Position numbers and translations under genes: made by a program. The notes beneath the pieces were generated by a model. The model was given only the letters and a program-made list of their open reading frames with translations, was not told where the DNA came from and did no database searches. DNA of 64,000 bases from a virus, in IMG/VR virus record IMGVR_UViG_3300046697_000246, positions 9,291-73,290 of that record; one strand, written 5' to 3'. Of this stretch, positions 57,001-64,000 are shown one piece after another; position 1 is the stretch's first letter, and each line of letters opens with the position of its first letter.

Positions 57001-57375
57001 CTACGCTATAACTTCGATAATAGTTTGCTCAAATTCGCCACGTTTTATTTTCTCCTGGTTCACTTCGAGCGTGATCTGACCCTCTTTGTCGCCACGTATA
57101 ACGCCAGCGATTGCAAGGCAGTCGAGTAAATCTTTGACGCTGGAGTATTTTGCATCAACGTCGAGGAGTTGTTTTCGGCGGAGCGTAAAGCGGCAATGAC
57201 GCAATCCTGCGCCTGGTGTTTTTCCTTCATCACCCCGCGCCAGTGTTTGCGCGCATTTGCGTTGTTGGGCGTCCGGTATGGCAACGCCAGCCTGAAAATT
57301 AGTTCGTTCATTTGATTTCAAAACCATCTTCCCAAAGTTTGGATGGTCGGCAAGCTGTTGTCGCGTCCAACCCAT
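57001..57375 (-). CDS. RusA-like Holliday junction resolvase
   Basis: LLD.D.....K.LLD.L...G.I.GD catalytic pattern; the overlapping frame 57060-57311 resembles a RusA N-terminus. Confidence 0.6.
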   Translation of the reverse strand: MGWTRQQLADHPNFGKMVLKSNERTNFQAGVAIPDAQQRKCAQTLARGDEGKTPGAGLRHCRFTLRRKQLLDVDAKYSSVKDLLDCLAIAGVIRGDKEGQITLEVNQEKIKRGEFEQTIIEVIA

Positions 57376-57377
57376 GA

Positions 57378-57524
57378 TTATTTAGCCTTCCTATTCTTGG
57401 ACTTTCGGCTCGCCAGATAATCATTCCACTTTTTCATTTCCTCATCACTAAAAGGACGGTGGCACCACGGACAGGGTTGAGAGCCATCCGTGCTGGGTTT
57501 TCCGCAATGTTTGCAATCTTTCAC
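57378..57524 (-). CDS. 48-aa Zn-ribbon protein
   Basis: CKHC...CPWC, GTG start; read manually. Confidence 0.4.
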   Translation of the reverse strand: MKDCKHCGKPSTDGSQPCPWCHRPFSDEEMKKWNDYLASRKSKNRKAK

Positions 57525-57606
57525 AATTTTACCGCGCGTTGTTTTGCCAGCCGCGCCCCTGGCTCACTGTGCATTTTTGCCAGCCTACTGGCGTAGCGGA
57601 TTAAGA

Positions 57607-58017
57607 TTATTTCTTCTTGTTCAGAGCCTTCGCCGCCCGGCTGAATTCCTCGTGCGTCATCGTGACCGGCTCCGTGCCTTCCGTGCTGATCGTCACGGTG
57701 TCAATGCCGCCTTTCACCCTCGGCTTTTCTTCGTCATCAATCGGCAGTTTGGTTTGATCAGGGTCGTCAAGGAACACCGTCGCCCCGTCCTTCGTCTTCA
57801 GAGGAGCAAATGCTATATCCACCCCGGCGCAAGGCACCTTGCCGTCGAAATGAAAAGTGATGCTTGCCGCCACCTTCACCGCGCCTTCGGCTTCCGAATC
57901 ATCCGCAAGGCTTCGGATTACCGCCCAATGCGCGGCCAGCAAATTGATGATTGTGTCGGCGCACTTCCGAACCAGCGCGCCCTCGTTTTCGTCATGGAAT
58001 AATTCGTCTTTTGTCAT
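57607..58017 (-). CDS. hypothetical protein
   Basis: 136 aa, DPDQ.KLP motif. Confidence 0.65.
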   Translation of the reverse strand: MTKDELFHDENEGALVRKCADTIINLLAAHWAVIRSLADDSEAEGAVKVAASITFHFDGKVPCAGVDIAFAPLKTKDGATVFLDDPDQTKLPIDDEEKPRVKGGIDTVTISTEGTEPVTMTHEEFSRAAKALNKKK

Positions 58018-58028
58018 GGTATTTTTGG

Positions 58029-58241
58029 TTAATGGTTGGGCGGCTTCCGCATTTGAAAGTAATGCGTCCTATCATCATCAGCCCAGCGAGGGAAGCCGTC
58101 GCCGTTACTGACGCTGCTAGTTGTCCATCGGCCATCGCGATAAGAACCGGCAACCACAAAGCCGGTCTTGGGCAGTTTCTTGCGGTTTATCGGTTTCCAA
58201 CCCAGCCGAGTAACCGCCGTTACGCTTTTCTTTTTGCTCAT
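58029..58241 (-). CDS. hypothetical protein (DUF551-like)
   Basis: W.PI...LP...TH...M..PP. Confidence 0.55.
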   Translation of the reverse strand: MSKKKSVTAVTRLGWKPINRKKLPKTGFVVAGSYRDGRWTTSSVSNGDGFPRWADDDRTHYFQMRKPPNH

Positions 58242-58243
58242 AA

Positions 58244-58546
58244 TTACACCAGCTTCGGCGTGCAGGTCTTGGCCAGTTCGTCGAACAACGCCTGTTTGTC
58301 AATTCCGGTGAGTTGCGCCAGCCGCTTCCCAATGATGGTTTTCAGAATCCGCCCGCTCGCTCCCATCTTCCGATACTCCACGACTCGCGCCTTCGCCTCG
58401 GCGTGGATGGCGGCGATTCCGGGATCAATGACGCGGGGCTTCGACGGCTTGCGCAGCTTTGGAGTCTTGCGCGCCGCATAGATGGAGCGCGGCTTCGTGA
58501 GAGACGGCGTTTGCTCGACTGGCGGTTTTACAGTTTCTTCATTCAT
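58244..58546 (-). CDS. basic hypothetical protein
   Basis: 100 aa in the early operon. Confidence 0.6.
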   Translation of the reverse strand: MNEETVKPPVEQTPSLTKPRSIYAARKTPKLRKPSKPRVIDPGIAAIHAEAKARVVEYRKMGASGRILKTIIGKRLAQLTGIDKQALFDELAKTCTPKLV

Positions 58547-58567
58547 GGTTTTTTGGTTTTGGTTGTT

Positions 58568-58951
58568 TCAAATAGCTATCTTCTCGGCGCGGGCGAGGGC
58601 GATTAAGACCGGGCAATCGGATAAATGGCCGCTGTGACGATGATTTCGGCAACGCGGACAATAATCATCCGGTGCCCATTCCATTGAATGAATTATGTCC
58701 ACCAACTCCGGTAACACGTTCGCGGCGTGAGCATAGTAAATCGCCGTTGCCTCGACTTCGCCCGCCCTGTTTGGATTCAAGCTCGTCTCATCCTCGTAAG
58801 CGCATACGCCGCCGTGAGGGTGTTCAACTCTTTCCTTTGACCCTATTTTGAAACAGCGTCCGATTGAGGTTTTGACGCATTTTACTAGGTGCGGAAGTGG
58901 CGTTATCCTCTTGAACACGTCGTCAAGCGCGATGGTGTTTGTCTCGCTCAT
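58568..58951 (-). CDS. hypothetical protein
   Basis: TP.P...A.Y.AHA.N.LP.L, CP.C...H..DC. Confidence 0.6.
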   Translation of the reverse strand: MSETNTIALDDVFKRITPLPHLVKCVKTSIGRCFKIGSKERVEHPHGGVCAYEDETSLNPNRAGEVEATAIYYAHAANVLPELVDIIHSMEWAPDDYCPRCRNHRHSGHLSDCPVLIALARAEKIAI

Positions 58952-59193
58952 TTTGCCTCCGGGAGTTGCTGGACTGAAAGCTTTCGGATTGCGGCTTCGA
59001 CTTTATTGAACAAATCATTTGACCAGTTGCGCCGCCCTCGTTCCAAATCGGAAACGTATTGTTGAGAATAACCTACTGCGTTTGACAATGCAAGCAGCGA
59101 CACCCCCTTGCGCTCGCGCAGTTCCCGAATCATTTCCCCCGCCTGCTCATTTCGGATTTCAACCGTCGTTTTCTTTTGAGTTGGAATTTTCAT
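58948..59193 (-). CDS. XRE/Cro-like HTH regulator
   Basis: IRELRERKGVSL..LS..VG.SQQYVSDLERG; upstream TTGAAT-17-TATTCT. Confidence 0.85.
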   Translation of the reverse strand: MKIPTQKKTTVEIRNEQAGEMIRELRERKGVSLLALSNAVGYSQQYVSDLERGRRNWSNDLFNKVEAAIRKLSVQQLPEAK

Positions 59194-59256
59194 TTTGTTT
59201 TTAACTTCGCGTCAAGAATAGCGGATGTAAGCGGAACATTCAAGCAAATAATCAAT

Positions 59257-59520
59257 TTATTTTACGGTCGTCACTTTGACCTGACAGATTCCGAGGGGCA
59301 GGGAGTTGAGGCGTTCTTCCCACGAATGGTAAGCCGCGTCAATCGCGCGCAGCCGGGCGTCCAGCGCGACGAGCGTAACCGAGTTCTCCGGTTCCCACGG
59401 CGGGTCTTCGTTAATTTCCCCACGCTCGCGGTTTGTTTCCTGCCGGTCATACCAGCCGTTTGTTGGCAGCTTGAACCCGCAGAACTGCCCATATTCTCCC
59501 GAATGTCTTGGTGCGTTCAT
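59257..59520 (-). CDS. hypothetical protein
   Basis: 87-aa ORF. Confidence 0.5.
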   Translation of the reverse strand: MNAPRHSGEYGQFCGFKLPTNGWYDRQETNRERGEINEDPPWEPENSVTLVALDARLRAIDAAYHSWEERLNSLPLGICQVKVTTVK

Positions 59521-59656
59521 AAATTGGTGCCGGATGTTGACGAAACCCGCTCCGGCGGCAGGTCAGAAATGGCGCGAATGCTGTTATGGGGATGAATTGC
59601 CCCTCGCGGCGCACGCACGCCCAGGCGTCAACTGCCTGCATTATTTTGCCGCAAAA

Positions 59657-59773
59657 TCATAAAATCAGCGCGACGGCGGCCAGGGCGAGAATAATCAAGC
59701 CGACCAGCAGCGTGCCGAAAAAGTCCCCCGCATCCTCGTCCATCAGCCAGCCGCGTTTGGGGAAGTGGGTCAC
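59657..59773 (-). CDS. 38-aa membrane peptide
   Basis: GTGA-coupled; single TM helix; read manually. Confidence 0.4.
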   Translation of the reverse strand: MTHFPKRGWLMDEDAGDFFGTLLVGLIILALAAVALIL

Positions 59774-60180
59774 GATTGACCTCTCCGCACGCTTCCCGCT
59801 GCGATTGACTTCTTCCAGCCTGCCGAGAATTTCGCGGCAAGCGATTCACCGCGAACGGCGGCAATCGCGGCGCGGGCTTCGCGTTGGATTGCTGCCAGCG
59901 TTTGTTTCTCTTCGCCTTCGGCGTGGTATTGTGCGCGACCCATAATCCGTGCAAGCGCGGCTAGGAGTGCGGGCGCGGACGCAGCGAGCCGGGCGATCTT
60001 CTCCGCATCTTTCGCCGGCAGCTTATAATCCGCATAACCATCTTGAGTTTCCAGCAGCAGCGCGCCCGCCGCGTCGCGGACATTCCACTTGTCACCGTTC
60101 CCACAAGCCCGCCAAGCCCGCCACTTGTCGTAACCGATTTCAAACGTGTCCCCCACTTTGATTGTTTCGTTTCTGTCCAT
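59770..60180 (-). CDS. hypothetical protein
   Basis: ARL.A.AP.LL.AL....ARAAIA phage motif; start at ATG 60180. Confidence 0.65.
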   Translation of the reverse strand: MDRNETIKVGDTFEIGYDKWRAWRACGNGDKWNVRDAAGALLLETQDGYADYKLPAKDAEKIARLAASAPALLAALARIMGRAQYHAEGEEKQTLAAIQREARAAIAAVRGESLAAKFSAGWKKSIAAGSVRRGQS

Positions 60181-60196
60181 AATGTTTCCTGTTTTT

Positions 60197-60665
60197 GTTT
60201 TGCGCCTTTGCGCGGTTTTTTCAGTTCCAGTTTTTCGGAAAATTTGTCGGCGTGGCCAAATATGAATTTGGAGAAAAAGCGTAACGCAGCGCCGATTTTG
60301 GGACGTTGAATTTTTCGACAACTCTCGAAACCCAATTTGGAGGCAAACAGCTTTTGCTCATGCCGATTTTTTCAGCCAGCGAAGCCAGTTTTTTTGTGGC
60401 TGCCGATTGCGCCGCCCGCGCCGCCGGCACTGGAAAGCCAGGTCCCCAGCCCGCGAGCGTGCCAGCCGCCGAATTTTTTGCGTGCCATTGGTTGCAAAAA
60501 ATCGCGTCATCTCCGCGATGGCCAAGCAGATGCAGCTTGCCAATTTGTTTTTCGAGCCGCGAAAAAATGCGCTCGAAGGTTAATGCCTCGGTGTTGATCT
60601 TTACGATTACACCCTGTTTTGTTTCAAGAACTTTGAATTTTTTCATAGTGTTAATTTGTTGTTTT
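60197..60665. repeat. 469-bp direct repeat, copy 1
   Basis: Appears identical to 61360-61828 (offset 1163). Confidence 0.9.
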
Positions 60666-60853
60666 TTTGTTTGTTGACCGCAGCCAAGGGTGGTTATTCC
60701 CCCACCCCTGAACGCGACTAACTTCTCAAAATTTCCCTTACGATCCCGGACCAGTGCCAGGCCAAGTGGCCTCCAATTAAAAAATGCGGTCAGGTGAAGC
60801 GTGACACGGCCAATTCGGGACACGGCCAGGCGGTTTGTGATTCTGGATTTCAT
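60221..60853 (-). CDS. hypothetical protein: duplicate of the 141-aa gene with an in-frame N-terminal extension
   Basis: Internal ATG 60646 gives a protein identical to 61384-61809. Confidence 0.55.
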   Translation of the reverse strand: MKSRITNRLAVSRIGRVTLHLTAFFNWRPLGLALVRDRKGNFEKLVAFRGGGITTLGCGQQTKKQQINTMKKFKVLETKQGVIVKINTEALTFERIFSRLEKQIGKLHLLGHRGDDAIFCNQWHAKNSAAGTLAGWGPGFPVPAARAAQSAATKKLASLAEKIGMSKSCLPPNWVSRVVEKFNVPKSALRYAFSPNSYLATPTNFPKNWN

Positions 60854-61014
60854 TAGCTGATTTCCTTTGGGATAAAGTTGGGCAGCCGGGCGGCGCGTTT
60901 TGGTTTCTTCGGGCGGCCTCCGAGCTTTCCGTTCTCGCGGACGGCTCGGCGCTTGGCCTCGGAGGTTGCTTTTCCTCCGACGCGACCGAGCGAGACAGCA
61001 GCAGGATTTTTCAT
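60853..61014 (-). CDS. small basic KNPAAV.LGR.GG protein
   Basis: MKNPAAVSLGRVGGKATSEAKRRAVRENGKLGGRPKK; coupled on both sides; read manually. Confidence 0.7.
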   Translation of the reverse strand: MKNPAAVSLGRVGGKATSEAKRRAVRENGKLGGRPKKPKRAARLPNFIPKEIS

Positions 61015-61343
61015 GCGGCGACTTTTTCAGCCGGTGTCCAGGTCAGTTCGACGGGCTGCACGTTGCGGGGAGCGTAGTTCATCGGGTCTCCGTCCGCTTC
61101 GTCGTTGGTAGGTTTGAGGAGCGCGGCTAGGTCTTCGGTTGAGTTGCAGCCCGCGACATCTTTTGCGAGCACGCGCACGTCACGCGATTTCATCCCACCG
61201 AATCCCTGTTTGTGGTGACGAACCCAGTAAGTGTTTTGGTCGCTGGCTTTGAAAAACTCTGAACCCCAGTATTTATCGGTCAGCTTCACGGTTTCGGTTT
61301 TCGAGGCTTCCATCAGTTTTTGTCCGAGCGTTTTCATTTTCAT
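61011..61343 (-). CDS. hypothetical protein
   Basis: 110 aa from ATG 61343. Confidence 0.6.
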   Translation of the reverse strand: MKMKTLGQKLMEASKTETVKLTDKYWGSEFFKASDQNTYWVRHHKQGFGGMKSRDVRVLAKDVAGCNSTEDLAALLKPTNDEADGDPMNYAPRNVQPVELTWTPAEKVAA

Positions 61344-61359
61344 ATTCAATTCCTGTTCG

Positions 61360-61828
61360 GTTTTGCGCCTTTGCGCGGTTTTTTCAGTTCCAGTTTTTCG
61401 GAAAATTTGTCGGCGTGGCCAAATATGAATTTGGAGAAAAAGCGTAACGCAGCGCCGATTTTGGGACGTTGAATTTTTCGACAACTCTCGAAACCCAATT
61501 TGGAGGCAAACAGCTTTTGCTCATGCCGATTTTTTCAGCCAGCGAAGCCAGTTTTTTTGTGGCTGCCGATTGCGCCGCCCGCGCCGCCGGCACTGGAAAG
61601 CCAGGTCCCCAGCCCGCGAGCGTGCCAGCCGCCGAATTTTTTGCGTGCCATTGGTTGCAAAAAATCGCGTCATCTCCGCGATGGCCAAGCAGATGCAGCT
61701 TGCCAATTTGTTTTTCGAGCCGCGAAAAAATGCGCTCGAAGGTTAATGCCTCGGTGTTGATCTTTACGATTACACCCTGTTTTGTTTCAAGAACTTTGAA
61801 TTTTTTCATAGTGTTAATTTGTTGTTTT
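61360..61828. repeat. 469-bp direct repeat, copy 2
   Basis: Appears identical to 60197-60665. Confidence 0.9.
61384..61809 (-). CDS. hypothetical protein (141 aa)
   Basis: First gene after the promoter at 61848-61875. Confidence 0.6.
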   Translation of the reverse strand: MKKFKVLETKQGVIVKINTEALTFERIFSRLEKQIGKLHLLGHRGDDAIFCNQWHAKNSAAGTLAGWGPGFPVPAARAAQSAATKKLASLAEKIGMSKSCLPPNWVSRVVEKFNVPKSALRYAFSPNSYLATPTNFPKNWN

Positions 61829-61847
61829 GTTTTCTGCTAACGACTAC

Positions 61848-61875
61848 AGAATAACACATGCAAACCGCTTTGCAA
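61848..61875 (-). promoter_or_regulatory. promoter with palindromic operator TGCAAA-CCGC-TTTGCA
   Basis: TTGCAA-16-TATTCT; same core CAAAGCGGTTTG at 62107-62118. Confidence 0.55.
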
Positions 61876-61933
61876 GGAATGATTGAAGGAAAATGATGCC
61901 CATTGTTGGGCTAAACCGAAGTAGAATAACCCT

Positions 61934-62089
61934 TTATTTACAAGGGTTTTTGCAATTAAGCATGGACAATCTTTGCCTTTCCAGATTTGCACGCTTAAGA
62001 TTTTTCAAGATTGCCGCCCGCTTTTTGACTGTTTTTTTCAAACCGCCAAGCCGGCCAAGCGCAACCGCAAACGGATTTTTAGAACTCAT
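61934..62089 (-). CDS. small basic KNPFAVALGRLGG protein
   Basis: Paralog of 60853-61014; preceded by TTGCAA-18-TACACT containing the operator. Confidence 0.65.
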   Translation of the reverse strand: MSSKNPFAVALGRLGGLKKTVKKRAAILKNLKRANLERQRLSMLNCKNPCK

Positions 62090-62254
62090 GCCGGCCAGTG
62101 TAACAGCAAAGCGGTTTGGATTGCAAGCAAAATAATCTGTTGACAGGAACGGCAATCAGTTTTTGTTGCAACCTGATACGATTGAAACAAAGTTGCCGAA
62201 TATCAGCCCAAAAGACCGACGCCAGAAACTCCTGATATTGGACTTGCCTTGCCG

Positions 62255-62818
62255 TCATGCGTCACCAGCAATGATGCTGTCGGCCAATGCCTGGTTGCCA
62301 TTGTCCGCCGCTTTGACCGCCCGCCGTTCGCGCGCCATGAATGCTTCAGACGGTGCCTTGCCGTCGTCGCCGGTGTTGACTCGCCGCCGCCGACCGCCGT
62401 GTTTCTTTTCCCGATAACGCTTTGACCGCGCCGCGCTGGTGTGATCCTTCTCCCGATACTTCGCAAAATTTAACGCAATGAAACCGCCAGAGACACGCAC
62501 CAATCTTCGCCCGTCAAAGTCCGGTGTCCGGCTTTCCATCTCCGGTTCTCCCAAACGCTCAAGAGCCGCCAGTCCAATTTCAGCTTCCATCCCGGATCGG
62601 TGGATGATGCCGCTGCCAGCCGCCGCGACAAATCCATACCAACCAACCGGCACGACAAACCCCGTTTCATCCAGAGACCGGACCTTGATTTGTTTCGCCG
62701 GTTCCCTCAATTCAAACGGCTCCGCCATGAGCAAAGCCGTGATGAACAATTCCCGCGCAGCGCGGTCAAGCCAGATTGTTGAGTCTAATATCCCGCAGTC
62801 AAGTTTTACAAATGCCAT
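62255..62818 (-). CDS. replication-initiator-like N-terminal domain protein
   Basis: F.KL...ILDSTIW, A.L..L..P...SR....DGRR...V.GG...LN..KYR; start at ATG 62818. Confidence 0.65.
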   Translation of the reverse strand: MAFVKLDCGILDSTIWLDRAARELFITALLMAEPFELREPAKQIKVRSLDETGFVVPVGWYGFVAAAGSGIIHRSGMEAEIGLAALERLGEPEMESRTPDFDGRRLVRVSGGFIALNFAKYREKDHTSAARSKRYREKKHGGRRRRVNTGDDGKAPSEAFMARERRAVKAADNGNQALADSIIAGDA

Positions 62819-62826
62819 ATTCCAAC

Positions 62827-62891
62827 AGCATAAACCATGCGTCACGCCGTGTCAAGTGTGATGTCACGCGTAGCAAGCCGTAGCGTCACGC
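62827..62891 (-). promoter_or_regulatory. promoter overlapped by three GTCACGC boxes at 22-bp period
   Basis: TTGACA-17-TATGCT; GTCACGC at 62841, 62863 and 62885. Confidence 0.55.
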
Positions 62892-63191
62892 AAGCAGAAG
62901 CATACTACAGAGAAAAAACTCCCCGCCCGCGGCAAAATCCCCCAAATCCCGCCAATCCCAAATTCCCCCCATGTCAACACCAAGCCCGACCAATAAAAAC
63001 GTCCCCAGCGCCAGCCAGACACCAAATTTCATGCGATTTACAAGCCTTTTCACCATTTTACTCGTTTTTGCCGTTTTACCAGCTTAACCCAAATCCTGAC
63101 CAAATGGATTGCCCAAAGCGGAAATGGCGACTATCCCTGACGCCCCGTAACATTGATTTTGAAACATGATATGATTGGTTCATGGCAAAAG

Positions 63192-63900
63192 TTAAATCGA
63201 AGTTTCTCCGGCTTTTGTGGCTGGCGTCAAACCCGTCTTTGCGACCAGCGAAGCGAAAAGTTCTTCGCCCGCGAAACGGTGCGAGTAACGCCAAGCGAAC
63301 TCGTTAATGTAGCCTTGCAGGTATTTCGGGCTGACGCTGTGGTGCGTGCCGTCCAGCGACCGTTTCACTTGCGACCAGAATCCGTCAATCGTGTTCGTGT
63401 GGACTTGCCCGCGAACATATTCCTTGCGCCCGTGATTCACGACTCCATGCGGGAAGCCAAGTTTCCCCACATAGTTGTAAATCGGAAATTCGTCCGTGTG
63501 AACTGTGGTTCCCGGCTTGACGTTCATGCGGATAAGTTTGATCGCGCGGGCGGTCGTTACCCTGTCCATCACTTTCGCGCAGACTCCCCCGCGCCGCTGA
63601 ACGACTCCAATAACCGGAGTCTTGCCAAGTGCGCCGCGCCCGCGAAGCCCGGCGCGTTTTCCACCGATGTAAGTTTCGTCGGCCTCGACAACGCCAGCGA
63701 ACAATTCACCATCAGCGGCCATCAGTTCACGAATTTTGTGCCCCATGCGGTGCGCGGTCTTGTAAGTCACGCCAAGCTGCCGTTGCAATTCTTTGGCCGC
63801 AACTCCGTTCTTGGATTTTGTGAAAAGGAAAATGGCGAAGAACCACGATTTCAAGCTGGTTTCGGATTTGTGGAAAATCCTTGAAATTATACGCGCTCAT
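63192..63900 (-). pseudogene. IS1595-family transposase lacking its N-terminal Zn ribbon
   Basis: VEADETYIGG, VHTDE, VNH..EYV.G.VHTNTIDGFWS..KR...G.HH.VS.KYL..Y..EF..R; frame is closed just upstream of IFHKS. Confidence 0.75.
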
Positions 63901-64000
63901 TTTGACCTTTCGGCGGGTAGCCTGATGCCTCGTCACATACACGCTGCATCCATTCCGCCAATGTCAGATTGTGCAGCCGTGCCATTCGCACATACCAGTT
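63887..64000 (-). CDS. 3' end of a second copy of the RHH-like gene (partial)
   Basis: 63912-64000 is identical to 46599-46687; ends GYPPKGQNERV*. Confidence 0.7.
   Translation of the reverse strand, partial: NWYVRMARLHNLTLAEWMQRVCDEASGYPPKGQNERV

Larger units (their letters stand above)
63126..64000 (-). mobile_element. IS1595-family element (partial; other end outside the window)
   Basis: ISXO2-like transposase; candidate terminus GGCGACTATCCCTGAC at 63126. Confidence 0.65.

Noticed and set aside
59770-61484. Long versions of ORFs 59770-60321 and 61011-61484 sharing the N-terminus MSKNSTSQ
   Set aside because: The shared part is an alternative frame of the duplicated gene; ATG 60180 and 61343, just outside the repeat, are the more plausible starts.
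63153-63884. 243-aa plus-strand ORF
   Set aside because: Antisense shadow of the IS1595 transposase, which carries the recognisable motifs.

Overview
The window is a contiguous part of a tailed dsDNA phage or prophage genome, probably podovirus-like. The host is tentatively Verrucomicrobiota-like, inferred only from protein style and Shine-Dalgarno-poor starts. No terminase, integrase, recognisable endolysin, rRNA, complete tRNA or CRISPR array is visible. All protein family calls are from motif recognition, not database searches. Layout: (1) 1-10.5 kb (+): probable portal end, scaffold, major capsid protein and Cys-rich virion proteins with DUF5977, VWA and discoidin domains. (2) 10.5-18.1 kb (+): operon of nine glycosyltransferase-like genes joined by ATGA overlaps. 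(3) 18.6-34.9 kb: tail stabilisation gene, then an inverted (-) block of ejection/polyvalent proteins interrupted by an ATP-grasp plus HExxE gene pair. (4) 35-43.9 kb (+): signal-peptide-bearing fibre/surface proteins, holin-like genes and a metallophosphoesterase. (5) 43.9-64 kb (-): early/replication region with an initiator, HNH genes, Bet/RecT, RusA-like and Cro-like genes, a 469-bp duplication and an IS1595 remnant. The most striking element is an array of 13 complete integron attC-like sites (46.6-53.3 kb) with no integrase. Its genes are encoded antisense to the attC polarity and are translated through the attC hairpins by stop/start overlaps and bridging mini-ORFs. Other highlights are the putative virion-glycosylation operon with a Thr-run capsid tail and a shared palindromic operator (TGCCA-N4-TGGCA) in several promoters.
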